A stretch of 63,744 nt of DNA, filler included, from Octopus bimaculoides (taxonomy: Eukaryota): the NCBI RefSeq assembly GCF_001194135.2. It is 4 parts of 4 records of this genome, joined end to end, with 100 filler letters (N's around TTAATTAATTAA, not from the genome) between each part and the next. Parts side by side here need not be neighbours in the genome. Positions count along the whole stretch, not along the records: positions 56,992 to 63,744 come from NC_069005.1; 3 more parts are not named here. The stretch is one strand, 5' to 3'. Positions 63,049 to 63,744 of this stretch are shown here, piece by piece. The translations under genes and the position numbers were made by a program. The notes under the pieces were generated by a model. It worked only from the letters and a program-made list of their open reading frames with translations, made no database searches and had not been told where the DNA came from. Numbering within the stretch: the first letter of the stretch is position 1; every line of letters begins with the position of its first letter.

Positions 63049-63711
63049 GTCGTTGGATTGACCGAATCATTGGCGCCTCGGACCAAATGCGAGTGTATTT
63101 ATTCCGACCGTTTATGTCCTGAATTTAAATCTCCATCAGGACCACACGTTCTTTCATTGTGTGTTTGGTGGGTGGGGTGGGGTGGAATCAGTGAGATAGA
63201 CATACACACTCAAAATGCTGAGTTGTATGACATAATAAAATAACCTTTACCACCCTACCATCTTAGATCTCGAAATCATGCTGCAAATAACCACTATTCA
63301 ACTATTATAGCTGTTGTTGTTGTTGCTGTTGTAATTAACACCGGTGTTGTTGCTGTTGTTGTAGTCATTCCATTCGCTCTCCGTTATTTTCAGATGAATT
63401 CAATTTATTTACAGCATGTTGAAATACATGACTTACTCTTTACACGTACGCAGCCCTCCAGGGCATGCATGCATGCATACACACACACACAGAGAAGAGA
63501 TGACTAAGGAATAACCGATTTATGTGTGTGTATGTGTGCGCGTATGCGTGTATGCCTGTGTATGTATGTTTCTACGCAGCAAGATATGAAATAACGTGAA
63601 AATAGAAAACGATGTATTTAAAAACATAATCATACTCTTATGTGTATCTCTGTATATTTATATACCTCTCTCTCTTTTCTTCGTTCAGTCTGCATGTCTA
63701 TTTATCTGTCT

Positions 63712-63744
<33 letters not shown>

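Overview
Eukaryotic, AT-rich, repeat-saturated DNA; the SINE/LINE families and microsatellite density resemble an octopus (coleoid cephalopod) genome, which is an inference from pattern recognition only. About 9% is N. Three identical 100-bp artificial linkers (N44-TTAATTAATTAA-N44 at 24187-24286, 48226-48325, 56892-56991) split the window into four pieces whose adjacency may not be biological. I recognise no intact host protein-coding gene, rRNA, true tRNA or CRISPR array; most track ORFs are microsatellite or gap artefacts. Supported content: (i) decayed non-LTR retrotransposons (RTE with a PHD-like finger, Tx1/L1-like, RLE-type R4/Dong-like, Penelope GIY-YIG remnants); (ii) DNA transposon relics (Tc1, pogo/Tigger, a mariner-derived miniature, TIR/foldback elements); (iii) several tRNA-derived SINE families, two copies with clear TSDs; (iv) a 62-bp minisatellite with a 5-monomer higher-order repeat and an old 160-250 bp satellite. 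Best lead: a ~1.04-kb element (48538-49580, minus) with a 5' leader, only an ORF1-like frame and a Tx1-like 3' tail, bracketed by a 21-23 bp TSD that duplicates half of a Penelope-type minimal hammerhead motif. The same 3' tail (42/47 nt) ends a tRNA-SINE at 12252-12484. A few low-confidence host exon candidates are flagged.
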